Assembly: GCF_044704955.1 (NCBI RefSeq)
Contig: NC_091984.1
Coordinates: forward strand, 147,808,001-147,872,000
Reading direction: 5' to 3'
Length of the DNA: 64,000 bases
Source of the DNA: Pristiophorus japonicus
Lineage: Eukaryota
How positions within the stretch are numbered: position 1 is the first letter of the stretch; every line of letters begins with the position of its first letter. The translations under genes and the position numbers were made by a program. The notes below the pieces were generated by a model. The model saw only the letters and a program-made list of their open reading frames with translations. It made no database searches and had not been told where the DNA came from. Shown here piece after piece: positions 12,161 to 22,816 of this stretch.

Positions 12161-13464
12161 GATTGCAATGTCAGCATCGCCCCTCTCGGCCAGCTCGGTC
12201 AGTAGTGGTGCTACCGAGACACTCTTGGTGATGGACAGTGAAGTCCCCCACCCAGAGAACACTCTGTGCCCTTGCTACTCTCAGTGCTTCTTCCAAGTGG
12301 TGTTCAACATGGAGGAGTACTGATTCATCAGCTGAGGGAGGGCGGGAGGTGGTAATCAGCAGGAGGTTTCATTGCCCGTGTTTGACCTGATGCCATGAGA
12401 CTTCATGGGGTCCGGAGTCAATGTTGAGGACTCCCAGGACCACTCCCTCCTGACTGTATACCACTGAGCTGCCACCTCGGGTGATGGAGGAGTCTGGGAC
12501 ATTGGCTGAAAGGTCTGATTCTGTGAGTAGGACTATGTCAGGCTGGTGCTTGACTCGTCTGTGGGGCAGCTCTCCCACTTTTGACACAAGTCCCCAGATG
12601 TTGGTGAGGAGGACGTTGCAGGGTCAGCACTGAGCCTGGGTCCGCTGTCCGAGCCGGTCCGAGCTGCTGTTATTATGCCTGATTGGACGGTTATTATTAG
12701 AGACTCAGACCACAGCAGAAATACCCCGTGCAAAAAATAACTGAAGAGACTGTCAGATCGGAAGAATGAAACTTCACCCACAGAAGAAGTGAAAGAGGGA
12801 GGTTGTCACAGCTGTACGTTTGTTAATGGCACGGGAGAAAACTGTGAACCGCGCTCACAGCCTCGAATCTTACAGCACAGAAGGAGGCCATTCGGCTCAT
12901 CGTGCCTGTGCCTGCTCTTTGAAAGAATTGCCCAATTAGTCCCACCCCCCTCTCTTTCCCCGTAACCCAGCAAATTGTTCCTTTTCAAGTATATATCCAA
13001 TTCCCTCAGCATTAGACTGCCCCTAACCTGGGCACAACATTGGCATCTCATTCATTCACTGGGACAGGAAATGGCTGTTGTGGAAAATGGAGCCCAGGAC
13101 TCTGAACATTCCACCTCCTCTCCGGAGGAAGGCTTCATGCTGGGGTCCAGTTCCATGGGCCCCGACAGCAAGTTCCGACCTCACCCACTTCCCCATTCCA
13201 CATGTGTAAGCCTGGACCCTCTCAGCACGATATCCAACTGCCGGAGGCCTCACCACTGTGTCCAGCACTGTCCTCACCTGAAACCCACACTCAGCCTGCA
13301 TTGATCTGAGGCCTTTAACATGCCAAAGGTCTCAAGACACTTCACATCGCTGCTGTCAGAGCGGGGAGAGTGGGGGTTCAGGGGGCTTTAGGAAGGATGA
13401 TTAAAGGCATGGGTGAAAGGATGGTGTTTGATGAAGGAGAGAGAGCTGGAGAGGGGGAGGGATT

Positions 13465-15925
13465 AGAACATAAGGAATAAGAGCAGGAGTAGGCCAAACG
13501 GCCCCTCGAGCCTGCTCCGCCATTTAATATGATCATGGCTGATCCGATAATGGACTCAATTCCACTTCCCTGCCCGCTCCCCATTACCCCTTATTCCCTT
13601 ATCGGTTAAGAAACTGTCTATTTCTGTCTTAAATTTATTCAATGACCCAGCTTCCACAGCTCTCTGAGGCAGCGAATTCCACAAATTTATAACCCTCTGA
13701 GAGAAGAAATTCCACCTCATCTCAGTTTTAAATGGGTGGCCCATTATTCTAAGATTATGCCCTCTCGTTCTAGTCTCCCCTATCATTAAAAACATCCTCT
13801 CTGTATCCACCTTGTCAAACCCCCTCATAATCTTATATGTTTTGATAAGATCACCTCTCATTCTTCTGATTTCCAATGAGTGGAGGCCCAACCTACTCAA
13901 CCTTTCCTCATAAGTCAACCCCCTTATCCCTGGAATCGACCTAGTGAACCTTCTCTGAACTGCCTCCAAAGCAAGTATGTCCTTTCTTAAATATGGAAAC
14001 CAAAACTTTATGCAGTGTTCCAGTTGTGGCCTCACCAATACTCTGTATAACTGTAGCAAACACTTCCCTGCTTTTATACTCCATCCCCTTTGCAATAAAG
14101 GCCAAGATTCCATTGGCCTTCCTGATCACTTGCTATACCTGCACACTAACCTTTTGTGTTTCATGTACCAGGACCCCCAGGTCCCACTGTACTGCAACAC
14201 TTTGTTATTTTTCTCCACATAAATAATAACTTGCTCTTCGATTTTTTTCTGCCAAAGTGTATAACCTCGCACTTTCCAACATTATACTCCATCTGCCAAA
14301 TTTTTGCCCACTCACTTAGCCTGTCTATATCCTTTTGCAGCATTTTTGTGTCCTCCTCATACCTTGTTTTTACTCCTATCTTTGTAGCATCAGCAAACTT
14401 GGCTACATTACACTCAGTCCCATCTTCCAAGTTGTTAATATAGATTGTAAATAATTGGGGTCGCAGTACTGATCCCTGTAGCACCCCACTAGTTACTGAT
14501 TGCCAACCCAAGAATGAACCATTTATCCCAACTCTGATTTCTGTGAGTTAGCCAATCCTCTATCCAAGCTTATATATTTCCCCCAACCTCATTAACTTCT
14601 ATCTTGTGCCTTTTATGTGGCACCTTATCAAGTGCCTTCTGGAAATCCAAATACAACACATCCACTGGTTCCCCTTTATCCACCCTGCTCGTTAAATCCT
14701 CAAAGAATTCCAGCAAATTTGTCAAACATGACTTCCCCTTCATAAATCCATTCTGACTCTACCTGACTGAATTATGTTTTTCCAAATGGCCTGCTACTGT
14801 TTCTTTAATAATGAACTGCAACATTTTCCCAACCACAGATATTTGGCTAACTGATCTATAATTTTCTGCTTTTTGTCTGCATCTTTTTTTAATAGGGCAT
14901 TACTTTGCAGTTTTACAATCTGCTGGGATCTCCCCATAATCCAGGGAATTTTGGTAAATTACAATCAATGCATCCACTATCCCTGTCACTACTTCTCTTA
15001 AGACCCCAGGATGTAAGCCATCAGGTTCAGTGGATTTATCCGCCTTTAGTCCCATTATCTTACTGAGTACCACCTCCTTAGTGATTGTGATTGTGTTAAG
15101 TTCCTCCCCACACTATAAACCCCTGACTATGCACTGTTGGGATATTTTTAGTGTCTTCTACCGTAAAGACTGCTTCAAAATATTTGTTCAGAGTTTCTGT
15201 CATCTCCATGTTCCCCATGACTAATTCTCCGGTCTCGACCTAGAAGGGACCAACATTGACTTTAGCCACTCTTTTCTTTTAGTGTACCTGTAGAAACTCT
15301 TGCTATCTGTTTTTATATTTTGTGCTAGTTTACTTTCATCTTCCCTTTCTTAATCATTTTTTTAGTCATTCTTTGCTGAATTTTAAAAGCTTCCCAATCT
15401 TCTGCCCTCCCACTAGTTTTGGCCACATTGTATGCCCTTTTTTTAAAAAAATTGGATACCGTCCTTTATTTCTTTAGTTAGCCATGGATGGCTATCTTTT
15501 CTTTTACACCCTTTTCTCCTCACTGGAATATTTTTTTCGAGAGTTATTAAATATCTCCTTAAATATACACCACTGTTCATTAACCGTCCTACATTTTAAT
15601 CTATTTGCCCAGTCCACTTTAGCCAACTCTGCCCTCATACTTTGTAGTCTCCTTTATTTAAGCTCGGTACGCTTTCTCACCCTCCATCTGAATTTGAAAT
15701 TCAACCATGCTATGATCACTCATTGCAAGGGGATCGTTGACTGGGAGATTGTTTATTAATCCTGTCTCATTACACAGGACCAGATCTAAGATAGCCTGTC
15801 CTGGTTGGTTCTGTTACATACTGCTCAAGGAACCCATCCCTTATGCACTCTATGAACTCTTCTTCAACGCTACCCTGACCAATTTGATTTATCCCATCAA
15901 TATGGAGGTTAAAAATCACCCATTA
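13465..15925 (-). mobile_element. CR1 LINE, ~2.4 kb 3' portion
   Basis: ORFs 13556..14113 and 14161..14511; CR1 3' tail at ~13465. Confidence 0.9.
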
Positions 15926-15929
15926 CAAG

Positions 15930-16597
15930 TCATACCACAACAACTTCCAGCGCGAGCTGCTCCACGTGAGCAACGGCTTCGAGGTGGGCGATTGGGTGAC
16001 GTCATCAGAACCCAGGTCGCCATTTGGAGCGTGAGCAGGAGCATCAGCTAAGCCCAGGTAAAGCAGAGAAGCTGGAAGGTCGCGGCGGAGGTGTGGTGAG
16101 TGATCGAGGTGGAGGAGCGATGAGGGATCGTGGCTGAGATTCGGTGTGTGATCGTGGCAGAGGTCCGGCAAATGTTTAGTGCGGAGGTGCAGCGGGAGAT
16201 TGTGGCAGAGGTCAGGCGAATGTTTAGTGCAGAGGAGCGGCGAGAGATCGTGGCAGAGGTGTGACTAATGAGGGTTCGGAGCCCAAAAGAGCCGAGGGCC
16301 CAGGGGCAGCACGGGCCAGCCCACACTGTGATATGTGTGCGCACTCGGTCCGTGCAGCAGAGCAGGTCTCCAGTCGTCCTGGTTTACCCTTGCCACTGGA
16401 TAAAGGCATAGCTCTTTCAAGCCCGTGTGGTGGCTGATGTGCAACAGTCACCACATGTTAAAAAAAATCTACACACCACATTTTCCACTCCCTCAATTGG
16501 CGTTCAGGTCTAGAATATCGGGCTCTTCATTGAGACATCTCTGAACTCATTTGGAAGCAAGTCATCCTCGTTCGAGGGATCACCGAAGATGATGATG
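15930..16597 (+). mobile_element. Non-autonomous RTE-related element/SINE ending in (GAT)n
   Basis: GC-rich repetitive head; 3' end CAAGTCATCCTCG..GAGGGA resembles the RTE tail at ~48575-48600; ends in GATGATGATGA. Confidence 0.55.
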
Positions 16598-16712
16598 AGT
16601 AGGTCAGTGAGATCATGGGCAGTAGGTCAGTGAGGTCAGGGGCAGTAGGTCAGTGAGGTCAGGGGCAGTAGGTCAGTGAGGTCAGGGGCAGCAGGTCAGT
16701 GAGGTCTGGGGT
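16598..16712 (+). repeat. 23-bp tandem repeat x5 (AGTAGGTCAGTGAGGTCAGGGGC)
   Basis: Three identical central copies and two diverged end copies. Confidence 0.95.
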
Positions 16713-16719
16713 CAATACG

Positions 16720-17232
16720 TGAGTGAGGGGGGGGACGGGGGGGAGAGAGGAGGGGGAGTGAGGGCGGAGGGGGAATGAGGGGGGAGGGGGGGAGAGAGTC
16801 GGGGGAGTGAGGGGGGAGGGGGGGAGTGAGGGGGGAGGGGGGGAGAGAGGGGGGGAGGGAGGGGAGGGAGGGAAGGGAGGGAGTGGAGAGAGGGGGGGAG
16901 GGGAAGGGGAGAGGGGGGAGAGAGGGAGTGGGAGGAGAGAAGAGGGGGGGGAGAGAGAAAGGCGGGGGGAGAGAGAGAAGTGGGGAGAGAGAAGGGGGGG
17001 GAGAGAGAGGGGGTCGGGAGGGAGAGCAAGGGGAGAGAGAGAGGCGGGGAGAGACAGAGGGGGGGAGAGGGGGGGAGAGGTGGGGAGAGAGAGGGGGTGG
17101 GAGAGAGGGAGAGAGGAGGGGGAGAGAGAGGGGGGAGGGAGAGGGAGGGGCGGTGGGAGAGAGGGAGAGAGAGGGGCGGTGGGAGAGAGAGCGGGGGAGA
17201 GGGAGAGGGAGGGAGCGTCGGCGTGGGGAGGT
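16720..17232 (+). repeat. Polypurine (G/A) low-complexity tract
   Basis: About 500 bp almost entirely G and A. Confidence 0.95.
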
Positions 17233-17509
17233 AGGCACGAACGTCACCGGGAGGAGGCCTGTACGTAAGGGCGAGGCGTGAAGTTCGGGCCAAAACCTGT
17301 GGATGGAGTGGGTTGAGGCTCACAGCCGTTGAGATCACCGGGGATTGGTCGGAGAAGCTGAGTTGGCCAATGGGGAGTGAGAAGCGAGGGTCCAGCTAGA
17401 TGGACATGGCAGCAGGCAGGTCGACCTGGAAGGTAGGCTAAGTATGGGGGATGGGCAGTGGGACCTTGCGCACGGGGTTTTAGGGCTTTTGGGGTAGGTA
17501 AAATACTTT

Positions 17510-18835
17510 CACCGCAGTCAAGTCCACCAATGGTCCAAGGCCCCACCCCACTGCTGGCCAAGAACAGGGAGACACTCATTAAGGACACCGAGGCAGTCAG
17601 GACTCACTGGAAGGAGCACTTTGAAGATCTCCTTAATTGAGACTCAGCCTTAGACACGAGTGTCCTCGACTCCATTCGCAGCATGCTACCCGCGACCTTC
17701 TCAGTAAAATCCCAGCCCTGCACGAGGTTGAAACATAGAAACATTGAAAATAGGTGCAGGCGTAGGCAATTCAGCCCTTTGAGCCTGTACCACCATTCAA
17801 TAAGATCATGGCTGATCATTCACCTCAGTACCCCTTTCCTGCTTTCTCTCCATACCCATTGATCCCTTTAGCCGTAAGGGCCATATCTAACACCCTCTTG
17901 AATATATCCAATGAACTGGTATCAACAACTCTCTGCGGCAGGGAATTCGACAGGTTAACAACTCTCTGAGTGAAGAAGTTTCTCCTCATCTCCATCCTAA
18001 ATGGCCTACCACGTATCCTAAGACTGTGACCCCTGGTTCTGGACTTCCCTAACATTGGGAACATTCTTCCCGCATCTAACCTGTCCCGTCCCATCAGAAT
18101 CTTAAATGTTTCTATGAGATCCCCTCTCATCCTTCTAAACTCCAGTGTATAAAGTCCCAGTTGATCCAGTCTTCCCTCGTATGTCATTTGTCAGCTCAAG
18201 AACAACAATGCATCGGGAGCGGATGGAATCGCTGCTGAGGCATTAAAGTATGGCAGAGAGGCACTATTGGCACGAATGCATAACCTCACCTCTCTCATCT
18301 GGAGGGAGGAGAGCATGCCGGGAGATCGCAGAGATGCAGTAATCCTGATCCATCTTTGAAAAAGGGGACAAGTCCGACTGCGGCATCCGCAGAGGAATCT
18401 CCCTGTTATCAGCCACTGGGAAAGTCATCACTAGAATCCTCCTCAACCGTCTTCTCCCTGTGGCTGAGGAGCTCCTGCCGGAGTCACAATGTGGATTCCA
18501 TCCACTACGGGGTACAACGTACATGATATTTACGGCGCGACAACTGCAAGAGAAAAGCAGGGAACAGCACCAACCCTTGTCCATGGTCTTCTTTGACCTT
18601 ACAATGGCCTTTGACACTGTTAACCGCGAGGGTCTGTGGAGCGTCGTCCTCCGTTTCGGCTGCCCCCAAAAGTTTGTCACCATTCTCGGTCTGCTCCACG
18701 ATGACATGCAGGCCGTGATCCTGACCAATGGATCCATCATAGACCCAATCCACATCCGGACCTGGATCAAGTAGGGCTGCGTCATCGCGCAAACTCTCTT
18801 CCCGATCTTCCTCACTGCAATGCTCCACCTCACAC
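17510..18835 (+). mobile_element. RTE-clade LINE RT fragment with nested CR1 3' end (-, ~17731-18186)
   Basis: WKEHFEDLLN; AEELLPESQCGF..RGT..MIFTARQLQEK..EQ; FDL..AFDTVNREGLW. Confidence 0.88.
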
Positions 18836-19056
18836 TATTGGAGGACCAATAGGAAGGAGCCATGTTTCCTGGTCCCTATTGGGGGACCAATAGGAAGGGG
18901 CCATGTTTCGTGGTCCCTACAGGAAGGCCAATGCAGGAAGGAGCCATGTTTCTTGGTCCATATTGGGGAACCAATAGGAAGGATCCATGTTTCCTGGTCC
19001 CTATTGTGGGACCAATTGGAAGGAGCCGTTTTTCCTGGTCCCTATTGGAGGACCAG
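18836..19056. repeat. ~42-bp self-complementary tandem repeat x5
   Basis: Unit ~GGGGACCAATAGGAAGGAGCCATGTTTCCTGGTCCCTATTG. Confidence 0.85.
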
Positions 19057-19673
19057 TGGGACATGGAGTCCATGGTCGACGTTGAGTGCGGACCCTTCCT
19101 GTTGTAAATGTGGGATTGTTGGCACCTGATCCCAGTAAAAACACCCTGACCCGGAGCGGGGCCATGGAAGGAGAAGCAGAGGGGAAGGGATTCGAAGATG
19201 TTCTGGGGCAGTGGGTCAGACCTTGTCCAGTCACTCCAGCTCACACTGATGGGGTGAGGATCTCCTCGCTCTGCTGGGCCTTCATGAAATGTGCTTTCTG
19301 TCCAAACCGGTCCCCACTGAGAAGAGGCCCACAGCACAGAACGGCTCTTAATTGGGAAATAAGCAGCCAGTGGACTGAGAGAGGCCAAGGGATGGCCATT
19401 GTGGGGAATAGGCCCTGACTCCAGGAGAAGGCATGGTCTGGGGTCAAGGGTTAATTGGTGGGGCAGGGCACAGGGAGATTTACTCTGCATTTCAGTGTGC
19501 TGCACCTGGGAGTCTATGGGGGAGGTACAGGGAGCGAGAGAGAGGCTGTGAATCAGAGTCAGAGAGGTGTAGAGGGAAGCTGTGAGACAGAGGGCGATGA
19601 AGGCTGAGACAGACAGACAGACAGACAGAGAGACAGAGACAGGGAGAGGGACTGCGGGAGGGAGAGAAGAGGA

Positions 19674-19761
19674 GGAAGTGAAATGTGCTGACGTTGCTTT
19701 CTCTGGGTGAAGACATTTACATAATGGGCAGTGAGGCTCTCACAGGCTGCAGGTTTATAAA
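19674..19761 (+). promoter_or_regulatory. Ig kappa V promoter (Ets-IRF composite, CRE half-site, octamer variant, TATA)
   Basis: GGAAGTGAAA (19674-19683), TGACGT (19689-19694), ATTTACAT (19715-19722; 7/8 match to ATTTGCAT), TATAAA (19756-19761), ~60 bp before the leader ATG. Confidence 0.75.
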
Positions 19762-19820
19762 GCAGAGCCCAGTGAAGGGCAGTTTATCAGTAAGCAGGCA
19801 CAGAGACAGGAGCAGACACC

Positions 19821-19869
19821 ATGATTTCACCCATCCAGCTGATCTGGCCTCTGGCATTCTGCGTCACAG
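19821..19869 (+). CDS. IGKV: Ig kappa light-chain leader exon
   Basis: ACCATG Kozak context; MISPIQLIWPLAFCVT plus a phase-1 G; GT donor at 19870; splices in frame to GISG-DIIMTQSP. Confidence 0.93.
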
Positions 19870-20048
19870 GTACCAATCTCTCTCCTTCCACGTTTAATAT
19901 CTCCCTGCTGTCGATTCTTTCCAACTCTACTGACCAGTGATTGAAGGGCAAATGCTGACACTAGAGGAGAGTTCAGTGTCTCGAGCAATCTCTCATTTTA
20001 CAGCGTCTTTCTATGACAGTGCTTACTTCACTTTCTTTCCCATTTCAG

Positions 20049-20347
20049 GTATCAGTGGGGACATCATCATGACCCAGTCTCCCCCGGTGCTGTCAGTGAG
20101 TGAGGGACAGACTGCAAAGATCACCTGTCCTGCCAGTGCATACATTGGTGCTGCCCTTGCTTGGTACCAGCAGAAAGCCGGGCAGAAACCCTCTCTGCTG
20201 ATCTATGCGGCAACATCTCGTTTCACTGGAACCTCCAATCGCTTCACCGGCAGTTACCAGTCCAACACGTTCACCCTGAGCATCAGCAACGTGCAGAGCG
20301 AGGATGTCGCAGTCTATTACTGTCAGCAACATAACAGCTACCCTCTA
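20049..20347 (+). CDS. IGKV: Ig light-chain V exon, kappa (shark NS4/type III-like), open frame
   Basis: Pyrimidine tract and AG at 20047-20048; DIIMTQSPPVLSVSEGQTAKITC...WYQQKAGQKPSLLIY...RFTGS...FTLSISNVQSEDVAVYYCQQHNSYPL; both Cys and the Trp are conserved. Confidence 0.97.
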
Positions 20348-20375
20348 CACTGTGATACACAGCCGTACAAAAACC
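20348..20375 (+). other. 12-bp-spacer recombination signal sequence of V
   Basis: Heptamer CACTGTG, 12 nt (ATACACAGCCGT), consensus nonamer ACAAAAACC. V-12/J-23 is the kappa configuration. Confidence 0.96.
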
Positions 20376-20719
20376 TCAATATACACAGCCCCACCTCCTG
20401 TACTGACTCACCCCACAGTTATATATAATATATAATAATGGACACACAGCCCCACCTCCTGTACGGTTTTACACATGACTGACACACAGCTCGATGGGAG
20501 TGAAGGCAGGAATATTCAGCTGGAAGCTGCAGTGAATTGGGAAAGGATGGAGTGGGTCAGAGAGGAGTTAGGGCTGTGTCTTCATCACTGACAATCTCAC
20601 AGCTCTACTCTGTACATTCAGACAGCACGGAGACACTGGGTGGTCCCTGTGTCCTCAATCCAAATAATCTCACAAACCCCCCACTATTGAGAGGGCCACA
20701 ACTTATAAAACCCAAAGCA

Positions 20720-21365
20720 TAAACATGATAGGACAGTGAACAAGTGAAATGTTCGTGCTCTTTCCCTGCCCACCCCACACTCCAGGCCCTGCGGTGCCCA
20801 GCCGTCGCAGAGGCCTCAGGCCTACCCTAGGCTCTGTCCCCATGGCCAGCTGGATGTGGACAAAGCATCTGAAGGGAGGGAGACAGGCAGACAGTGCAAT
20901 CACCCCATGGGCCCTGTGAATGGCCACCTTGGCCCGATCCAGGAGCAGGCCCACGGGGAGGCCCTCCGACCTGTCCGATTCCCCTACACCGGGTGACCAG
21001 GCCCAGGAGCGTGGGACTGAAGTGGAGCCAGAAATCGAGGAGCAGCCCCTTCAAATAGTGGAAGAGGGGCTGCATCCTCTCACACTCCACGCACACACGG
21101 GTCACGGACTGAGGAAACAGGTTTCTAAAGCCCCTGAAACTCGTTATTTTATAATGATCCCCGAGGAAGGCCTGTGTCAGCAACACAAACATCTCGCTTG
21201 CAGACGGAGCCCGTTGTTCAAGGGGCACAAAGAGGTGAGCCCTGTGTGACGGGGACTTTCATTCTCCAGCAATTCCGTGGCCCCAGGGTTACCGTCTGAT
21301 GGGGCGGGAAGGGCAGCTGGGAGATTTGTCCCAAACACGTCGGATCCCCAACTCTCCCGGGCACT
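20720..21365 (-). mobile_element. Degenerate Tx1-like LINE ORF2 C-terminal fragment between V and J
   Basis: CVECERMQPLFHYLKGLLLDFWLHFSPTLL and GLLLDRAKVAIHR peptides in ORFs 20827..21228 and 20703..20954. Confidence 0.7.
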
Positions 21366-21657
21366 GTCACAGGCAACTCGTCACAGAGAGAGAGGGAGGG
21401 AGTGAGTGAGGGACAGGGAAAGAGAGTGAGTGAGGGACGGAGTGAGGCAGAGTGAGTGAGTGAGTGAGGGAGGTGGAGGGGGAGAGGGAGGGAGTGAGAG
21501 AGGCAATCAGAGAGAGAAACAGAATGAGAGAGAGAGAGAAAAAGTGAGGGAGAGTGAGACGCTGAAAAAGACACAGACACACACACACAGACACAGACAC
21601 AGACACTCACACACAGACAGAAAGAGGGGGAGAGAGACTGAGTGAGCCAGGGATGGA

Positions 21658-21696
21658 GGATATTGTACAGCAACTGCACTGGAAGCTGTCACTGTG
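21658..21696 (-). other. 23-bp-spacer RSS of J (degenerate nonamer)
   Basis: GGATATTGT (consensus GGTTTTTGT), 23 nt, CACTGTG (rc CACAGTG). Confidence 0.9.
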
Positions 21697-21731
21697 GCTC
21701 ACTTTCAGTAAAGGAACCAAGCTCAGACTGA
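21697..21731 (+). CDS. IGKJ: Ig kappa J segment (LTFSKGTKLRL)
   Basis: Directly follows the RSS; F-S-K-G-T-K-L (FGxGT with G>S); phase-1 donor GTAAGT at 21732 matches the C exon phase. Too short for the ORF track. Confidence 0.92.
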
Positions 21732-21834
21732 GTAAGTAAACCCCAATGCTCCGTTATTAACACTTTAAATACTGAATCTTTCTAAGACACAAATGCTGAA
21801 TATGCGAAGGTGTTAGTTTACAAATGATTACACT

Positions 21835-22255
21835 CGATCCTCCCGTCTTTCCCCATCTAAATCTATCAGCATAACCCTCTATTCCCTTCTCCCTCATATC
21901 CCTGTCTAGCCTCCCCTTAAATACATCGATACTATTCACTTCAATCACTCCCTGTGGTAGCCAGTTCCACATTCTCACCACTCGCTGGGTAAAGAATTTT
22001 CTCCTGAATTCCCGATTGGATTTCTTGCTGACTATCTTATATTGATGGCCTCTAGTTCTGCTCTTCCCCACAAGTGGAAACACTCTCTCTGTATCCACTC
22101 TATCAAAACCTTTCCTAATGTTAAAGACCTCTATCAGGTCACCCCTCAGCCTCAAGAGAAAAGAGCCCCAGCCTGTTCATCCTTTCCTGATATTTACACC
22201 CTCGCATTTCTGGTCCCATCCTTGTAAACCTTCTCTGCACCCTCTCCAGTGCCTG
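21835..22255 (-). mobile_element. CR1 3' fragment
   Basis: ORF 21757..22155: RLRGDLIEV...FFTQRVVRMWN. Confidence 0.88.
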
Positions 22256-22816
22256 TGTATGGGTTATATAATATGGTGGGGAGCTGCGGTGAATGAAAGG
22301 GTTAATTGAAGAGTGCTGTGTATGACAGGGAGCCCGGCTGTATTCCTTTACCCACACTCCCCCTTCACCCAGCAAAGTATAAGTAACGAACTGTTACCCA
22401 CCGTGTGGAGGAGATCTGGACGTTGGCACACTGCGGTCCCATCCCTGCACCATCCCCGGAAATCGCTCCCGAGCCTCCTGCCTGTCTCAGTGTGACAGAC
22501 ACGGTGTGTGAGACACGGGCAGAGTGTGGGTGTGAGTGAGTGAGCTCGCTGGGGGCAGTCTGTGCTCCTGTCACAGTCTCTGATATAACTGAGCTCAGCC
22601 TCAGCACACTGACACTCCCGAGGTCCCGCCTCCCCCAGCTCCAACTCTGATCTGTCCAGCCCCCGCTCACCTCCTGTCCAACTTCTGATCACAAACAGGG
22701 GCAGCAGGGCTCGCAATCCGGCGGCTGCAGTGCTCCAGGGTTGTGGGGAGACTCTCAGTTGCTGTTTCTGTGGCTCGAGTTCAGGCCGATATTTATCCCT
22801 CAACCTACATCGCTTA

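Noticed and set aside
16696-17338. Pro-rich and Gly/Glu/Arg-rich ORFs
   Set aside because: Translations of a low-complexity purine tract that is open in several frames.
19060-19440. Upstream exon of the Ig gene
   Set aside because: No Ig motifs or consistent splice sites; more likely heavily decayed LINE sequence.
19937-20428. 163-aa ORF as the Ig protein, or a germline-joined VJ
   Set aside because: It starts in the leader intron and reads through the RSS; V and J are separate, each with its own RSS.
22399-22580. Extra RSS, D or J segments (CACGGTG, CACAGTC heptamer-like)
   Set aside because: No nonamer at 12 or 23 bp and no FGxG-like frame.
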